This document shows positions 34,390 to 44,674 of a stretch of DNA of 58,795 nt, one piece after another. The translations under genes and the position numbers were made by a program. The notes under the pieces are model-generated. The model made no database searches. It was not told the DNA's origin and saw nothing but the letters and a program-made list of their open reading frames with translations. The DNA lies in the NCBI GenBank assembly GCA_947628145.1, contig CANQYU010000002.1, positions 1 through 58,795 of the forward strand. Direction: 5' to 3'. Origin of the DNA: an uncultured Bacilli bacterium. Its GTDB lineage: Bacteria; Bacillota_I; Bacilli_A; RF39; UBA660. Position 1 is the first letter of the stretch. Each line of letters opens with the position of its first letter.

Positions 34390-35256
34390 ATGGAAGATAT
34401 TAAAGGAACTAAAGGTGACATATATGCTAAAGAAATAATTAAAAAAATATTAGATGAGGGTACTTTAGATAAGAACCCTAGACCAAAATATAGTGATGGA
34501 ACCCCAGCACATACATTAAGTGTTAATCATTTACTTTATTCATATGATTTAACTAAAGACGAAAGTCCCATTATTACTCTTAGACCCATCGCGGTAAAAA
34601 GTGCCATTGGTGAGCTTTTATGGATTTATCAAGATGCATCAAATAATTTAGATATTCTTAAAGATAAATATGGAGTTATTTGGTGGGATGATTGGGATAT
34701 TGGCGATAGAACAATTGGTGCTTGCTATGGAGAGACAGTGCGAAGACATAATTTAATGAAACAGCTTTTAGAAGGAATTAAAAATGACCCGGATGGAAGA
34801 AGACATATTATTAGCTTATGGCAAGAAGAAGATTTTTTATCTCCTCATGGTTTAAAGCCCTGCTGCTTCCAAACTATTTTTAATGTAAGACATGGTAATG
34901 ACGGAATAGATTATTTAGATATGGTCATGGTACAAAGGTCTAGTGATTTTTTAACCGCCGGTTGTATTAATCAAGTGCAATATTTAGTTTTTCAATATTT
35001 AGTCGCAAGACATACAGGATATACACCAGGTAAGTTTAGTTGGTTTGTTGATAATGTTCAAATTTATGATAGACATATTAGCCAAGCAGAAGAATTACTT
35101 GCAAGAGAGCCAATTGATTGTAGCCCGAAAATATGGCTTAATCCAGAAAAAACAAATTTTTATGATTTTAACCAAAATGATATTAAAATTGAGGGTTATC
35201 CAAGAGCTTTAATTAGAACTAAAAATCCACAAATGAAATTTGATTTAGGAATATAA
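34390..35256 (+). CDS. thyA: Thymidylate synthase (B. subtilis ThyA-like type)
   Basis: The start follows RBS GGAGGT, with a TATAAT at 34372-34377. Motifs include DGTPAHTLSV, RRHIISLW and LKPCCFQ (catalytic Cys). Confidence 0.9.
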   Translation: MEDIKGTKGDIYAKEIIKKILDEGTLDKNPRPKYSDGTPAHTLSVNHLLYSYDLTKDESPIITLRPIAVKSAIGELLWIYQDASNNLDILKDKYGVIWWDDWDIGDRTIGACYGETVRRHNLMKQLLEGIKNDPDGRRHIISLWQEEDFLSPHGLKPCCFQTIFNVRHGNDGIDYLDMVMVQRSSDFLTAGCINQVQYLVFQYLVARHTGYTPGKFSWFVDNVQIYDRHISQAEELLAREPIDCSPKIWLNPEKTNFYDFNQNDIKIEGYPRALIRTKNPQMKFDLGI

Positions 35257-35297
35257 AAAACGGGAAAATATTTCTCGTTTTTTACTTTAATGAAAGT

Positions 35298-37433
35298 TTA
35301 AATACTTACTTTTAAATTATATTTATTAATTATCCGGTTCATATATCTAAATCCATATTTTAGATAGTTAGTTTCCATTAAGATTTTTTCATAGTTAGCG
35401 TTTGGTTCAATTAAATGTTCTTTTAAATAAGTTAAAGCATCTTCTTTAGATAGAGCATTAAAATTAATAATATCGTCAAAACGACCTAAAAATTCTTCAG
35501 CAAAACTTTCAGTTAAATTATTTTTTTCTTCCCCAAAGCCAACGGCTTTATTTTGATAAGCATTAGAGGTCATAAAAATTAAAGTGTGTGAAAAATCAAT
35601 AGCTTCCCCATGAGAATCATGGATTACTCCCTCATCCATAATTTGTAAAAATAAATTTAAAACACTGGGATGAGCTTTTTCGATTTCGTCGACTAAAATA
35701 ATAGAATAAGGATTATATTTAACTTTATTAAAAATATAATCGTCTTCATAACCAACATAGCCATGGGAAACACCAATAAGTTTATTGACACTTGTTTCAA
35801 GATTATATTCGGACATATCTAAACGAATTAAATTATTTTTTAAAGTATCACTAATAATTTTAACAGAAGAGGTTTTTCCTATCCCACTGGAACCGACTAA
35901 TAATAGTTTTAAATTAGAACCTTTTTTAAAATATATATTTAAATTATCTAATAATTTATTTATAGCTGCGGGTTGATAATATATTTTAGAAGATAAATTA
36001 TTTTTTAGTTTAAGTAATAAAGAGGGAGGATTTAAAAACATAGGAATATGACTTTTAGTTTCGATAACTTTTAAAATGTCTTCTTTAGTAATACTGGTGG
36101 TGGAGTTGGTTTTAAGTTCTTCAATGTCCTTTTCTAAAGCATTTATACTAATACAGGCATCTAAAGCTTGTTTATAAGCTCCCTCTTTAACATAATTTTC
36201 TTTTTGGCTCATTAAATTTTTTAAAGCTTGTTCTTTCGGTTTTAGAGTTTCTAAAGAAATACTCTTTCTTTTTACATGAGCACAAATACTATCTAATAAA
36301 TCAATGGTTTTATCAGGATTTTTCTTAGCAAATAAATATTTATTTCCTAAATTAACTATATCTTCTATATTTTCATTAGTAATAGTTAAATGATGGTGTT
36401 CTTCATAAGTACTTTTTAAGCCTAATAATATATTTTTTGTTTCTTCTAAAGTTGGTTCTTTAACTAGAATAGTTTCAAATCTTCTTTCTAAAGCTTGAGA
36501 TTTAGCAATATATTTTTCATATTCTTGAGTGGTTGTTGCCCCAATAATTCGGATTTCCCCACGAGCTAAATAAGGTTTTAATATATCGCTAGCATTAATA
36601 GCCCCTTCTGCACCACCAGCATTAACAATGGTGTGAACCTCGTCTATAAAAAGAATTATATTTTTATTTTTAATAACCTCTTTAATAATTTTGGTAAGTC
36701 TTTCTTCAAATTCGCCACGATATTTAGTACCACTTACTAAATCACCCATTGGTAATTCAACAATAAGCATATTTTCTAAAGATAGAGGCACCTCTTTATT
36801 AACAATACGTCGGGTTAATTCCTCGACTATGGCAGTTTTACCTACCCCGGCAGGGCCAATTAGTAAAGGATTACTTTTTTTCTTCCGGAGTAAAACTTCA
36901 ATTAAATTATTAACCTCTTGGTCTCGGCCAATACATTTATCAAAAGTAGAAACTTGATTATTTAAAATATTACCGACTGTAAATAATTCTAATTTTTCTT
37001 GAATAAGAGTACTAGGTTTAATTTTTAAATCGTCATATAATTGATTTAAATCAATACCTAAGCTAAGCATAATTCTAATAGCTATACCCTCGCCTTCGTC
37101 AAGCATAGCTAATAATAAATGATTTTCGGTGACAAGTCCTTTATTATTTTCTTTGGCATCACTTAAGGCATTAGATAATATTCTCTTTAATAAAGGGGTA
37201 TATAAATTAACCTCAATATTTTTTTTAGGAATACCAACAATACTGATTAATTCTTTTTTAAAACTATCATAAGTTAAGTTATAACTACTTAATTTTTCTT
37301 TTAAAGGACTATCACTTTTCAAAATGCTTAGTAATAAATGTTCACTCCCAACATAGGGATGATGTAAATTAGCCCTTTCTTTTTCTGCTTCTTTTAAAAT
37401 AAGACTACCAATAAATCCAAAGTTATTAAACAT
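35298..37433 (-). CDS. clpC: ClpC-like Hsp100 ATPase (Clp N repeats, two AAA+ modules, VGF ClpP-docking tripeptide)
   Basis: 711 aa with [46 protein letters not shown] and AVGFG. Confidence 0.8.
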   Translation of the reverse strand: MFNNFGFIGSLILKEAEKERANLHHPYVGSEHLLLSILKSDSPLKEKLSSYNLTYDSFKKELISIVGIPKKNIEVNLYTPLLKRILSNALSDAKENNKGLVTENHLLLAMLDEGEGIAIRIMLSLGIDLNQLYDDLKIKPSTLIQEKLELFTVGNILNNQVSTFDKCIGRDQEVNNLIEVLLRKKKSNPLLIGPAGVGKTAIVEELTRRIVNKEVPLSLENMLIVELPMGDLVSGTKYRGEFEERLTKIIKEVIKNKNIILFIDEVHTIVNAGGAEGAINASDILKPYLARGEIRIIGATTTQEYEKYIAKSQALERRFETILVKEPTLEETKNILLGLKSTYEEHHHLTITNENIEDIVNLGNKYLFAKKNPDKTIDLLDSICAHVKRKSISLETLKPKEQALKNLMSQKENYVKEGAYKQALDACISINALEKDIEELKTNSTTSITKEDILKVIETKSHIPMFLNPPSLLLKLKNNLSSKIYYQPAAINKLLDNLNIYFKKGSNLKLLLVGSSGIGKTSSVKIISDTLKNNLIRLDMSEYNLETSVNKLIGVSHGYVGYEDDYIFNKVKYNPYSIILVDEIEKAHPSVLNLFLQIMDEGVIHDSHGEAIDFSHTLIFMTSNAYQNKAVGFGEEKNNLTESFAEEFLGRFDDIINFNALSKEDALTYLKEHLIEPNANYEKILMETNYLKYGFRYMNRIINKYNLKVSI

Positions 37434-37463
37434 ATGAGCCTCCTTTATAGTCTATGTTAATTA

Positions 37464-37496
37464 TGAGAAAAAAAGAAGTAGTTTATTCATCTACTC
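37464..37496 (-). terminator. Putative terminator after ylxM
   Basis: The minus strand reads GGAGTAG-N9-CTACTTC followed by TTTTTTTCTC. Confidence 0.45.
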
Positions 37497-37553
37497 CTCA
37501 TTTATAATAAATATGGGCTCATTTAAATAATTAATTAACTTAGCTATTTGGCT

Positions 37554-37853
37554 CTAACTTTCTAAAATATCCGTAATTATTTTTTTAATGGTGGAAAGAG
37601 AATCTATAGTAAGAGCGTTAGTTAGAATTTGTTTAGTTTGATATATTTTTAATTTAGTTTCATAAGTATTTAATTTAGTTTCGACTTGTTTTAATGTTTT
37701 ACTAACACTAGCTTTGGAAATTTGACGATTTTCGGCTATTTCAGTTAAAGATAAATCTTCAACATAATAATTAATGAAAGTATCTTGTTCAATGTCAGTT
37801 AGTAAAGTTTTATAAATATCAAATAAATTATTTAAGTATTCTCTATTTTCCAT
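37554..37853 (-). CDS. ylxM: YlxM (UPF0122) putative DNA-binding protein
   Basis: An HTH-like segment EDLSLTEIAENRQISKASVSKTLK is present. The gene lies immediately downstream of, and overlaps, ftsY, the usual synteny. Confidence 0.8.
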   Translation of the reverse strand: MENREYLNNLFDIYKTLLTDIEQDTFINYYVEDLSLTEIAENRQISKASVSKTLKQVETKLNTYETKLKIYQTKQILTNALTIDSLSTIKKIITDILES

Positions 37854-38841
37854 CTTTAAACATATCCTTAAATAAGCCATAAATATAAGCTTCTATATCA
37901 AACGTTTTTAAATCTTCCATGCCTTCCCCTAAACCAATAAATTTAACAGGAATATTAACATCTTCTTTAATTGCTAGAACTATTCCACCTTTGGCAGTTC
38001 CATCTAATTTAGTTAAAACTATTCCAGTTATATTAGTAATTTCTTTAAAACTTTCAGCTTGTAATATACCATTTTGACCGGTCGCCGCATCAATTACTAA
38101 TAAGGTTTCATGCGGAGCATTCGGAATATGAGTACCAATAACTTTATTGATTTTTTCAAGTTCTTTCATTAAATTAGTTTTATTTTGAAGACGACCGGCC
38201 GTATCAATTAAAACTAAAGAAACATTTTGTTTTTTAGCTTCAACTAAGCCATCATAAATTACCCCGGCAGGGTCAGTATTACTTTTACCATAAAATAAAG
38301 AATTGGTTTTGTCGGCCCATTCCTTTAATTGTTCGACAGCCCCAGCTCGGAAAGTATCCCCGGCAATAAGCATAACTTTTTTGCCTTCTTTTTGATATTT
38401 ATAAGCAAGTTTACCAATAGTTGTAGTCTTTCCTACCCCATTTACTCCGACCATTAAAATTACTGTTGGACCATCTGAATTAATATTAATTTTATCACTT
38501 AAAGATTCTCCAGATACATATATAATAAATAATTCGTCAATAATAACCTCTTGTAAATATTTAGGACTAGTTATGTTTTCATTTTTAACTCGAGTTTTTA
38601 AGCGAGCCATAAATTTCATAACAGTATTAACTCCAATATCAGCCATGATTAAAATATTTTCTAATTCGTCAAAATATTCGTCGGTTACTTTAGTAAATTT
38701 ATGACCTAATACGGATAATTCACTAACAAATTCGGTACGAGTTTTAGCTAATCCTTTCTCATAAGCCTCTCTTTCTTTAGCTTCTTCTTTATTAGTTTCT
38801 TTTTTATAAATTATACTTTTAAATTTTTCAAATAATCCCAT
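37843..38841 (-). CDS. ftsY: Signal recognition particle receptor FtsY
   Basis: 332 aa with GVNGVGKTTTIGKLA, DTAGR and TKLDG. Confidence 0.92.
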   Translation of the reverse strand: MGLFEKFKSIIYKKETNKEEAKEREAYEKGLAKTRTEFVSELSVLGHKFTKVTDEYFDELENILIMADIGVNTVMKFMARLKTRVKNENITSPKYLQEVIIDELFIIYVSGESLSDKININSDGPTVILMVGVNGVGKTTTIGKLAYKYQKEGKKVMLIAGDTFRAGAVEQLKEWADKTNSLFYGKSNTDPAGVIYDGLVEAKKQNVSLVLIDTAGRLQNKTNLMKELEKINKVIGTHIPNAPHETLLVIDAATGQNGILQAESFKEITNITGIVLTKLDGTAKGGIVLAIKEDVNIPVKFIGLGEGMEDLKTFDIEAYIYGLFKDMFKDGK

Positions 38842-38913
38842 CGTTTTTCACCTTTAAATATCATATCATATAAATAAACATTATAGCAAATATTTTTAGA
38901 AAAAATAGCGAAT

Positions 38914-38942
38914 TTGACTTTTAAGAAAGGTTGTGCTATGAT
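38914..38942 (+). promoter_or_regulatory. Putative promoter of the D1-only AAA+ gene
   Basis: TTGACT-17 nt-TATGAT lies about 30 nt upstream of the ATG. Confidence 0.5.
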
Positions 38943-38970
38943 ATAAAACAATTTAAGGGGGTAGAAAATT

Positions 38971-40416
38971 ATGCTTTATAGAGAATTAATTAATAAGTGT
39001 GATGAAGATACTAAAAATATTATTAAAAAATATTTAGTTTTTTGTCATGAATATAGTATTCATTATAATAATGATATACATAGAGATACTTATGAGATTT
39101 TAAATATTATTTATAAAGATGATTTAGCTATTGGTTATTTACTTTATATTGCTATTCTTTATGATAAAGATTTAGCTAATATTTTAAATAAAAATAAAGA
39201 TATTAAAATGCCAGATTTAATATTAGAAATTATTTCAACTTTAGATGTTTATTATTCGTTAGATAATTTAGAATGTGCAATGTTACAGGAAAGTGATGCC
39301 GCGGCAATTTTAAATGCTTATATTAATTTAAATGGTTCTATTTCTATCGAAAGAATAATTTTAAATATGGTAAATGAATTATCTCTTAATAATAGAATTA
39401 TTAAATATTTTAATATAAATGAAGAAACAATTAAAGAAATTGAAAAATTAGCTCAAAAAAAGGAAAATAGTTCAACTTTTAAAAGAAAAGAAAGTAATAT
39501 TACTCTTCCGTTTGGCGAAAACTTAACTGAAAAAGAATATGCTTATAAACCTTTAATTGGACGCGAAAAAGAATTTAGAAGAATGTGTGCCTTTTTAATG
39601 GATGAAGAAAAATCTTTAATTATTCATGGAAAACAAGGAGTGGGAAAAACAACTTTAATTAATGGATTAGCTTATGATATTCAAAATAATTTAGCTCCTA
39701 AAGCTTTAAAAAACAAAAAAATTGTAGAAGTAAGTAGTAGTGAAATTATAAGTGGTTGTCAATATGTAGGAATGGTGGAAGAAAGAGTTTTAAAATTAAT
39801 AAATTCTTTACTAGGTCAAAATGTTATTTTATTTATTGACGAATTTCATACTTTAATGGGTCTTGGGCAAGGTTCTAAAGATAATAATGATGTGGCGAAT
39901 ATTTTAAAACCTTATTTAGGAGACGGAAGAATTAAAATTGTGGGGGCAACAACTACAGAAGAATACAACACTATTTTAGAAAATGGAGCTTTTGCTAGAC
40001 GTTTTAATGGTTTAGAAATACCAGTTTTAGACGATAAAAGCGTACTAATAATTTTAAAAAATTTAATTAAAAGATATAAAGAAACTCGAAATATAGGATT
40101 TAAATATTCTTTAGAAACAGAACAAAAATTATTAGAGTTAATAATTTATTATACTAATAAACAACATCAAAATTATTTTTATACTAAGAAACTATATAAT
40201 CCCGATTTTGCTTTAACAATTTTAAGAAATGGTTATGACTTTGCTTTACTTGATGGTAAAGAACAATTAGATATTGAGGCTTTAATTGAGGGATTTGGTT
40301 CCATGGATTTTATTAGTGAAACTTATGTAGATGATTTTAAAAAAGAAGCTAAAGCAATTGTTAGAGAAAAAGATAATAAACCTATTATAAGAGAGATTAA
40401 ACTTAATAAGAATTAA
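38971..40416 (+). CDS. Clp/Hsp100-like AAA+ protein containing only a D1-type module
   Basis: 481 aa with the Clp D1 signature blocks PLIGREKEFRRM, HGKQGVGKTT, LFIDEFHTL, LKPYLGDGRIKIVGATTTEEY and ARRF. It has no second AAA+ module. Confidence 0.8.
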   Translation: MLYRELINKCDEDTKNIIKKYLVFCHEYSIHYNNDIHRDTYEILNIIYKDDLAIGYLLYIAILYDKDLANILNKNKDIKMPDLILEIISTLDVYYSLDNLECAMLQESDAAAILNAYINLNGSISIERIILNMVNELSLNNRIIKYFNINEETIKEIEKLAQKKENSSTFKRKESNITLPFGENLTEKEYAYKPLIGREKEFRRMCAFLMDEEKSLIIHGKQGVGKTTLINGLAYDIQNNLAPKALKNKKIVEVSSSEIISGCQYVGMVEERVLKLINSLLGQNVILFIDEFHTLMGLGQGSKDNNDVANILKPYLGDGRIKIVGATTTEEYNTILENGAFARRFNGLEIPVLDDKSVLIILKNLIKRYKETRNIGFKYSLETEQKLLELIIYYTNKQHQNYFYTKKLYNPDFALTILRNGYDFALLDGKEQLDIEALIEGFGSMDFISETYVDDFKKEAKAIVREKDNKPIIREIKLNKN

Positions 40417-40437
40417 AAAAAATTAATTCTTTTTTTA
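40408..40437 (+). terminator. Putative terminator after the AAA+ gene
   Basis: AAGAATTAA-N6-TTAATTCTT followed by TTTTTT. The stem is AT-rich and overlaps the stop codon. Confidence 0.45.
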
Positions 40438-40530
40438 AGCTTTTAAAGATTATGTCGAAATTAAGAGAAATTTGCTAATAACTTTTGCATTAATCATAAT
40501 TTTTTGATACAATTATAATGGTGAGTAAGT

Positions 40531-42777
40531 ATGGCAAAGAAGAAAAAAACTAGTTCTAGTGAAAAGGCTAATTTCCCTTATAGTGTAGAACTTACAGGAC
40601 TTATATTAATATTAATTGGTTTAATTGGATTTGGATTTGGCCCGGTTGGGGCTTTTATTAAGCAATTTGCAATGTTTTTAGTCGGAGGATGGGCTTGGAT
40701 ATTTTTACTTATAGCTTTTTTAGTTTTAGGGGCCTATATGCTTTTTAAAAGAAAATTACCAAAATTTTTTAATCAAAGATTAGTTGGTTTATATGTAATT
40801 ATTATGGTTATTTTATTAGCTAGTCATTTTGGTTTTATTGAAAAATGTAAAGGTGCTTCCGATATATTTCAATCAACCATAGACCAATATATGGAAAGAA
40901 TTGATACAATTGGAAGCAATACCGCTTTATTTACAAGTGGAGATGCTTCAATTGAAATTGGGGGAGGTATTGTCGGAGCGATTTTTGCGGTCGCGTTTAG
41001 TAGTTTATTTGGACTTACAGGTTCGAAAATTGTAGCTATTATTTTAACGATGTTTGGAGTAATTTTATTATTTAATATTACATTCGCGGATATCTTTAAA
41101 AAGCTAAAAGAGGTATTTAAAACTATGACTAGCGCAGAAGAAAGCGAAACGAAAGAAACTCCTCAACTAGAACATGAAAATAAATTATATGATTATGAAG
41201 AAGAAAAAGATTTTGAGACACCTAAAGACGATAAAATTGTGATTACAAGTATGGAAGAATTAAAAACCATGAAAGAACCTCAAGTTGTTAAAGAAAATTT
41301 AGAGCAACCAGAAAGTAAAGTATATGAAATTAATTCCAGTTATACTTTACCTCCTCTTTCTTTACTTGATGATGCTAAAGAACAAAAGAAAGTTAATTCC
41401 AATAATTATATTAGGAGTAATAAAGAAAATCTAGAACGGGTTTTAAAAGATTTTCAAATTAATGGTCAAGTAGTAGAAATTCATATAGGACCGGCGGTTA
41501 CTCAATTTGAGGTAAAAGTTCCTAGTGGTACTAAAGTTAGTCGAATTAGTGGAATAAATAAAGAAATTGCTTTAGCTTTAGCTGCAAAAGATGTTAGAAT
41601 TCAAGCCCCTATTCCGGGTAAAAGTACAATTGGAATTGAAATTCCTAATCCAACAATTAGTATGGTTAAATTTAAAGAGGTTTTAGCTTATGAAGGAAAA
41701 GAAGCAAATGGAAAAATAATTGTAGCTTTAGGTAAAGATATAATGGGTCAACCTAAATTAGCTGATTTATCAAAAATGCCTCACCTTTTAATTGCTGGTT
41801 CGACTGGTTCTGGTAAATCAGTTTGTACTAATACGATTATTTGTTCAATTTTAATGCGTTATAAACCGGATGAGGTTAAATTAATGTTAGTTGACCCGAA
41901 AAAAGTAGAATTATCCAATTATAATGGTATTCCTCACCTACTATGTCCTGTGGTAAGTGACCCCAAAAAAGCCAGTATGGCTTTACAAAAATTAGTTAGT
42001 GAGATGGAAAGAAGATACGATTTATTTAGTGAAAAAAATGTTAAGAATATTGCTGGTTATAATGAATTAATTGATAAAGAAAATAAAAATAAAGACGATA
42101 AAATCCCAAGAATGCATTATATAGTTGCAATTATTGACGAACTTGCAGATTTAATGCTTGTAGCTTCTAAAGAAGTAGAAGATTCTATTATGCGAATTAC
42201 CCAAATGGCAAGAGCCGCCGGTATTCATTTAATTGTTGCGACTCAAAGACCATCAACTGATGTTATTACCGGAGTTGTTAAAGCTAATATTCCATCTAGA
42301 ATTGCTTTTGCCGTTGCTAGTAATATTGATTCCCGAACTATTTTAGATTCTAGTGGCGCGGAAAAATTATTAGGTAAAGGTGATATGTTATTCTTACCAA
42401 TGGGAGAAAATGTGCCAACACGTATTCAAGGATGTTTTATTGACGATGCGGAAATTGCAAGAATAATTGATTATGTATGTAAACAACAAAATGCCCACTA
42501 CGATAGTGAAATGGAAAACTTAGATGCAACAGGAAATGGGATTCATGGTTTACCTGACGAAAAGGAAGAATATGATGACCCTCTTTATAATGAAATTGTC
42601 GAATTTGCTATTCAAACAGGTAAAGTTAGTACTTCCCTATTACAAAGAAGATTTAGACTAGGTTATAATAGAGCAGCAAGAGTGGTCGATTTACTAGAAG
42701 AAAGAGGAATTGTAGGGCCAGCAAATGGTTCTAAACCACGAGAGGTTTTAGTAAAGTTAGAAAATAAGACTGAATAA
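40531..42777 (+). CDS. ftsK: DNA translocase FtsK/SpoIIIE
   Basis: 748 aa with N-terminal TM helices, GSTGSGKSV Walker A, DELADL and a gamma-domain-like C-terminus [21 protein letters not shown]. Confidence 0.92.
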   Translation: MAKKKKTSSSEKANFPYSVELTGLILILIGLIGFGFGPVGAFIKQFAMFLVGGWAWIFLLIAFLVLGAYMLFKRKLPKFFNQRLVGLYVIIMVILLASHFGFIEKCKGASDIFQSTIDQYMERIDTIGSNTALFTSGDASIEIGGGIVGAIFAVAFSSLFGLTGSKIVAIILTMFGVILLFNITFADIFKKLKEVFKTMTSAEESETKETPQLEHENKLYDYEEEKDFETPKDDKIVITSMEELKTMKEPQVVKENLEQPESKVYEINSSYTLPPLSLLDDAKEQKKVNSNNYIRSNKENLERVLKDFQINGQVVEIHIGPAVTQFEVKVPSGTKVSRISGINKEIALALAAKDVRIQAPIPGKSTIGIEIPNPTISMVKFKEVLAYEGKEANGKIIVALGKDIMGQPKLADLSKMPHLLIAGSTGSGKSVCTNTIICSILMRYKPDEVKLMLVDPKKVELSNYNGIPHLLCPVVSDPKKASMALQKLVSEMERRYDLFSEKNVKNIAGYNELIDKENKNKDDKIPRMHYIVAIIDELADLMLVASKEVEDSIMRITQMARAAGIHLIVATQRPSTDVITGVVKANIPSRIAFAVASNIDSRTILDSSGAEKLLGKGDMLFLPMGENVPTRIQGCFIDDAEIARIIDYVCKQQNAHYDSEMENLDATGNGIHGLPDEKEEYDDPLYNEIVEFAIQTGKVSTSLLQRRFRLGYNRAARVVDLLEERGIVGPANGSKPREVLVKLENKTE

Positions 42778-42838
42778 AAATATAAATTGCAAATAAATAT
42801 ATATTATGATAAAATAACTTATGAAAGGATATGAGAAT

Positions 42839-43369
42839 ATGGCAAATACTAAATATAAAGTTAAAAATCAAAATACAAAGAAATGGTTTATGAGATTTTT
42901 AGTTGTTGTTGGTATTATACTTGCTATATTATATATTTATGAATGGCATTTAGTTAAAGAACAAGGAAAATATATAAATAGTTATTTAATAAGTTCTAAT
43001 ACGATAAACTATGAAATGACTGATATAAATGAAATTGATAATGTTTTATCAGAGACTAGTAGTGAGTATTTTGTATATATTGGATATACAAAAGATAAAA
43101 ATGTTTATTCTTTAGAAAAAAAGTTAAAGCCTATTATAGATGATTATGACTTACATAATAGTTTCTATTTTATAAATGTAACAGATATTAAAGAAAATAA
43201 TAAAAACTATATAAAAGATATTGCTAAAAAATTAGGTATTGAAGAAGAAGAAATTAAAAAAGTACCAATTATATTATATTTTAAAGATGGTAATTTAGTA
43301 GATAAAGGTGTTTATTCAGCTAAAGAATTTAAAGAATTATTACAAGAACAAGGTTTTGATAAAATGTAA
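42839..43369 (+). CDS. Membrane-anchored thioredoxin-fold-like protein without a CxxC motif
   Basis: The start follows AAAGGA. An N-terminal TM is present, and the fold assignment is tentative (…VPIILYFKDGNLV…). Confidence 0.55.
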   Translation: MANTKYKVKNQNTKKWFMRFLVVVGIILAILYIYEWHLVKEQGKYINSYLISSNTINYEMTDINEIDNVLSETSSEYFVYIGYTKDKNVYSLEKKLKPIIDDYDLHNSFYFINVTDIKENNKNYIKDIAKKLGIEEEEIKKVPIILYFKDGNLVDKGVYSAKEFKELLQEQGFDKM

Positions 43370-43425
43370 AAAATTACTCTAAATGAGTAATTTTTTTCTT
43401 TATTGTAATTTCAACCGCACCACTT

Positions 43426-44055
43426 TTATTTAATTGTTTTTTGGTAATATTGACAATATTTTTGAAAAGGACAATCTAAACATTCGGGTTTTAGAGCTTT
43501 ACATTTATAACGACCAAATAAAACTAATTGATGGTGAAGCCTACTCCAATGTTCTTTAGGAAATTTATGCATTAACGTATCTTCTATTTGAGAAACATTA
43601 GCATTTTCATTTACAAGACCTAATCTTACTGATACTCTAGCAACATGGGTATCAACAGCAATAGCGGGGACATTATAAATATTTGATAGGACAACATTAC
43701 ATGTTTTGCGCCCTACTCCCGGTAAACTTTCTAAATATTCTCGATTATTAGGAACCTCACCGTTATAGTCATTTATGAGTTTAGTAGCGATGCTTTTTAA
43801 ATAATAAGCTTTTTTAGTATAAGAACCACAGGGTCTAATAATGGCTTCTATTTCTTTTAAAGAAGCATCTTTTAAAGTATTTAAATTATATTTAGAAAAT
43901 AAAACTTTGGTTACCTCATTAACTCTTTTATCAGTACATTGAGCACTTAAAACAGTTGCAATTAATAATTCATAGGGTTTAGTATATTCTAATTCACATT
44001 TAGGATTAGGAAATAATAGATTTAATTCTTTAATAATTATATTACTCTTCATCAT
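43426..44055 (-). CDS. nth: Endonuclease III
   Basis: 209 aa with the HhH motif LPGVGRKTCNVVL and the Fe-S cluster CKALKPECLDCPFQKYC. Confidence 0.9.
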   Translation of the reverse strand: MMKSNIIIKELNLLFPNPKCELEYTKPYELLIATVLSAQCTDKRVNEVTKVLFSKYNLNTLKDASLKEIEAIIRPCGSYTKKAYYLKSIATKLINDYNGEVPNNREYLESLPGVGRKTCNVVLSNIYNVPAIAVDTHVARVSVRLGLVNENANVSQIEDTLMHKFPKEHWSRLHHQLVLFGRYKCKALKPECLDCPFQKYCQYYQKTIK

Positions 44056-44674
44056 CTAACCAATTATAATTAAATAATTCCTTTCGTTCTTTTTTAGGTT
44101 CATTTCTATTTTCTAAATATTTATTTACTTCATTAATATTTTTAAAGCCTTTCTTTTGCCATTCATATAATATTTTATCTATGTAACGGAAATTTTGAAC
44201 ACCATTATAAACGGCTTCTTTTAAAGCTCCTTTAATTAATTCTTCAGGATATCCTTTTTCTAACCAAGCATTTATTATTTCATATTCAGTACTGGTAATG
44301 GGTCTACCAAATTCTTGTTCAAATAAAGCATATATATCTGTTTTAGTAGAGTTTTTTTGTTCATTAATTTTATTTTCTAAAATTAAATTATAAAAATTAT
44401 CTAAATTTACTTCTTCGACCATCCGTCCCTCTTGGTCTTTAGATGTTTCAATTACTAAAAGTTTTTTAGATAAAAGTTCATTAAATATTTGATAAGCTTT
44501 ATCCGGAGTTAAACCAATACTTTTACTTAAACGAGCAATATCTAAATAATGATGAACATTATCAAAATATGTTAAAACTAAAAATTCTTCTAAAGTAAGT
44601 TTTAATTCTAAAGCTTTCTTAATAAATAAGTCATTTGTAACATATTTAGTTGTTTTAAAAATAGAATTATTCAT
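44042..44674 (-). CDS. dnaD: DnaD-domain replication initiation/membrane attachment protein
   Basis: The start follows RBS AAGGTGGGGAG. The DnaD/DnaB_2 C-terminal domain reads FEQEFGRPITSTEYEIINAWL...FRYIDKILYEWQKKG. Confidence 0.8.
   Translation of the reverse strand: MNNSIFKTTKYVTNDLFIKKALELKLTLEEFLVLTYFDNVHHYLDIARLSKSIGLTPDKAYQIFNELLSKKLLVIETSKDQEGRMVEEVNLDNFYNLILENKINEQKNSTKTDIYALFEQEFGRPITSTEYEIINAWLEKGYPEELIKGALKEAVYNGVQNFRYIDKILYEWQKKGFKNINEVNKYLENRNEPKKERKELFNYNWLDDEE

Noticed and set aside
37434-37553. CtsR operator upstream of the clpC-like gene
   Set aside because: No (A/G)GTCAAA-NAN-(A/G)GTCAAA direct repeat is present. The only structure there is the ylxM terminator hairpin.
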